Source: a virus (Duplodnaviria > Caudoviricetes). From it: a stretch of 38,168 nucleotides of DNA. Made by a program: the position numbers and the translations under genes. Within the stretch, counting starts at the first letter, position 1. Each line of letters begins with the position of its first letter. Where the stretch lies: the IMG/VR virus record IMGVR_UViG_3300026125_000440, positions 1-38,168 of that record; one strand, 5' to 3'. Below the pieces are notes generated by a model that had not been told where the DNA came from, did not search any database, and worked only from the letters and a program-made list of their open reading frames with translations. Below are positions 36,117-38,168 of the stretch, piece after piece.

Positions 36117-37461
36117 ATTTCTCTCCGTGTAACAACTCCCAGGTTTTAGGACATACATCTTGTAACTTTTCTTTACGTACCTCGTCTAATTTATTAGTGT
36201 GGTACCAAAACTTTGGTAATTCTTCACTATAATCTTCGCTGTTCATATAGTTAACATATGTATCTAAAATCTTACAAAAATGTTTGTAGTTTAACTCTTC
36301 TGGTATTTCATCTTTTGCTTTAATCTTCCACTCTTCAAAGTAATTGGTAATCCATTCTTTACTTTCTTTAGGGAATATTTTAATATTCAAAAACTTTGGA
36401 TTATGTAGTGGGTGCGGACTAATTACACTCTTATGCTTAACATGTTTATTAATACGCTTGAAATTCTGCTTTATCTTCCACATCATAATGTCCGGCAACT
36501 GTACTAAGTTATACACCATAATAGTCGCCGCCCACCATACCATAAATGAACCTTCAGCATCATCTAATTTACGCATGTTCTCTTCTACTTTATACCACTT
36601 ACTAGGATTGCGTATATAGTCATTTAGAGGTCCTACAGCATCGACTGAGAACCCTATTTGTACTCGCTTAAAGTGCTTCCATATATCCCAAGAACGTTGA
36701 GGTATGTTCGTTATGTTTGTATTATATTCTACTACAATTTCACTTGCTCTGCCCGCATCAATACACTTTTGTAAGAACTCATAGTGTTGGTCAATCATTA
36801 GCGGTTCACCACCTACAATGTATAAGCGTTCCACTTCGGGTATCTTCGACTCCATATCTGCCCAAAACTCTGGCTTATCATACCAACTGTATGGGTCAAC
36901 TTCGGGCTGATATTTGCCCTTATTGTTAAGCACAAGATTGATTTGTTTACCACTATCTTTATAACTCTTACCCCACAATGCTACTGTATCATCGTACCAT
37001 TGACTTGAATCTGTAGGTCCACACATGCGGCATTTTAAGTTACACAAGTTTCCAAATCGTAAATCCATATAGTACATAGGTGTTTCTTCTACATCTATAG
37101 TACCATCAAGTTGTGTAATTTCACGGGCGCGAGTTTCATCTAACTTTTCATCCCATATCTCTCGTTCCCAATCAGCACGACTTTGCATACCTGATTCTGC
37201 TTCACGCTTACAACGGATACAAGCATCGTGATATTCACCATTCAACATTGACACACGTATTTCTTTCATCAGTGGAGCATTGCGGTAATCATCTATTTTA
37301 TCTACGCCTAGATTGTATAGTGAACCGTCGCCTTTAGGTATTAAACCTTGCGTCTTGGATACGTTGGCATTACAACATACTCGTACATCACCGTTGTTTC
37401 GTACATTCAATCCCATCCACGGTAACGGGCACCATGGGTTTGTTTTTGGTTTATCACTCAT
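36106..37461 (-). CDS. Radical SAM protein with N-terminal twitch domain, paralog of 27399-28814
   Basis: WCPLPW..VCC..CIRC; DLRFGNLCNLKCRMC; VGGEP; YNTN. Confidence 0.92.
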   Translation of the reverse strand: MSDKPKTNPWCPLPWMGLNVRNNGDVRVCCNANVSKTQGLIPKGDGSLYNLGVDKIDDYRNAPLMKEIRVSMLNGEYHDACIRCKREAESGMQSRADWEREIWDEKLDETRAREITQLDGTIDVEETPMYYMDLRFGNLCNLKCRMCGPTDSSQWYDDTVALWGKSYKDSGKQINLVLNNKGKYQPEVDPYSWYDKPEFWADMESKIPEVERLYIVGGEPLMIDQHYEFLQKCIDAGRASEIVVEYNTNITNIPQRSWDIWKHFKRVQIGFSVDAVGPLNDYIRNPSKWYKVEENMRKLDDAEGSFMVWWAATIMVYNLVQLPDIMMWKIKQNFKRINKHVKHKSVISPHPLHNPKFLNIKIFPKESKEWITNYFEEWKIKAKDEIPEELNYKHFCKILDTYVNYMNSEDYSEELPKFWYHTNKLDEVRKEKLQDVCPKTWELLHGEKYGK

Positions 37462-38168
37462 TTCAATTCTTCACTTTTAATATTCTTGCCATGACCACTA
37501 CTAAACTCAAACTTATCACCGCATGTTCTACCACACGTATAGATACGTTTAAACTTATCATCACGGTTATCCCATGAACGTTCTAAATAATCAGTGTAAT
37601 ATTCATGGTTTAATACGTCCCAACCATGTTGTCTCATATCGTTAAAGTCTTCACCGTATAACGAAAAGAAGTGTTCAAAACTAGCAGTCTGTGGTGTTTT
37701 AGCATTAAAGTATTTAGGGGCGCCCATCCAACAACATGGCCACAACCTCATACACATATCAACAAATACTGTTTTATCTCGCTTGTATTTACACGTTATA
37801 GGTGCGTTCTCTACATATTCATCAAAACTTGAAAACTTCTTACGTATATCAATCTTATCCCGAGTATTTTGATTTTCTTTCTCTTCTACTACCGTTCCTT
37901 TACGGGTCTCTAATGATTTTTGATCCTGTTCTGCAAAGCGGGCAGTATATTTTGCAGTGAACTTAGAAAATCCCATTTTCTTTGCTAATGCTTCTGCTTC
38001 TTCAATTTGTGTATAGTTATGTTTAAATTCTATATATGCCCATTCAGCAATGCCACCTGCATCTATAAATGCCTGTGCGTTCTCTATTATCTTTTCAAAG
38101 TTAGAACCCACTCGGTATATGTGATTAGTATCGCTTAACCCGTCAACCGAGAATATAACATTTAATCT
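37458..38168 (-). CDS. Partial radical SAM protein (5' part outside the window), paralog of 24643-25779
   Basis: Frame stays open to the window edge: RLNVIFSVDGLSDTNHIYRVG...; FKHN, TARF, PCC, CGRTCG align with 24643-25779; CxxxCxxC not visible. Confidence 0.8.
   Translation of the reverse strand, partial: RLNVIFSVDGLSDTNHIYRVGSNFEKIIENAQAFIDAGGIAEWAYIEFKHNYTQIEEAEALAKKMGFSKFTAKYTARFAEQDQKSLETRKGTVVEEKENQNTRDKIDIRKKFSSFDEYVENAPITCKYKRDKTVFVDMCMRLWPCCWMGAPKYFNAKTPQTASFEHFFSLYGEDFNDMRQHGWDVLNHEYYTDYLERSWDNRDDKFKRIYTCGRTCGDKFEFSSGHGKNIKSEELK

Noticed and set aside
1069-36929. Numerous short antisense or alternate-frame ORFs in the track (e.g. 1069-1272, 3627-3884, 5524-5838, 9720-10106, 23332-24622, 31720-32133)
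   Set aside because: Overlap well-supported genes and show no recognisable motifs; treated as shadow ORFs
1-38168. Alternative genetic code, tRNA or rRNA genes
   Set aside because: Standard code gives dense full-length genes ending in TAA, TGA and TAG; no cloverleaf or rRNA-like segment seen in the short intergenic gaps

Overview
The window looks like a segment of a large, AT-rich dsDNA (jumbo-type, T4-like regulation) bacteriophage genome. This is inferred from dense gene packing, sigma70-type promoters plus recurrent (G/T)ATAAATA late-promoter boxes, thyA, HNH and GIY-YIG endonucleases, a MoxR AAA+/vWA pair and probable virion proteins. The left ~12 kb holds a ClpP-fold membrane protein, an SbmA/BacA-like transporter, late-expressed structural-type genes on the minus strand, and early/middle genes. 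From ~11.9 kb to the right edge (>26 kb, still open) lies an exceptional tailoring-enzyme supercluster: 13 radical SAM genes (two cobalamin-binding, many with an N-terminal twitch-like Cys domain, one double-domain fusion, one partial), about 6 Fe(II)/2OG-type hydroxylases, 2 QueC-like PP-loop enzymes, a nitroreductase, an SDR, a GNAT-like protein and a fatty-acid desaturase. Its substrate is not identifiable from sequence. The ORF track misses one clear element: a 249-nt ORF-less group I intron (13304-13552) that splits the CxxxCxxC motif of the first radical SAM gene. A free-standing GIY-YIG endonuclease gene sits directly upstream, an arrangement suggesting collaborative homing. All family calls come from motifs recognised by eye; no database search was run.
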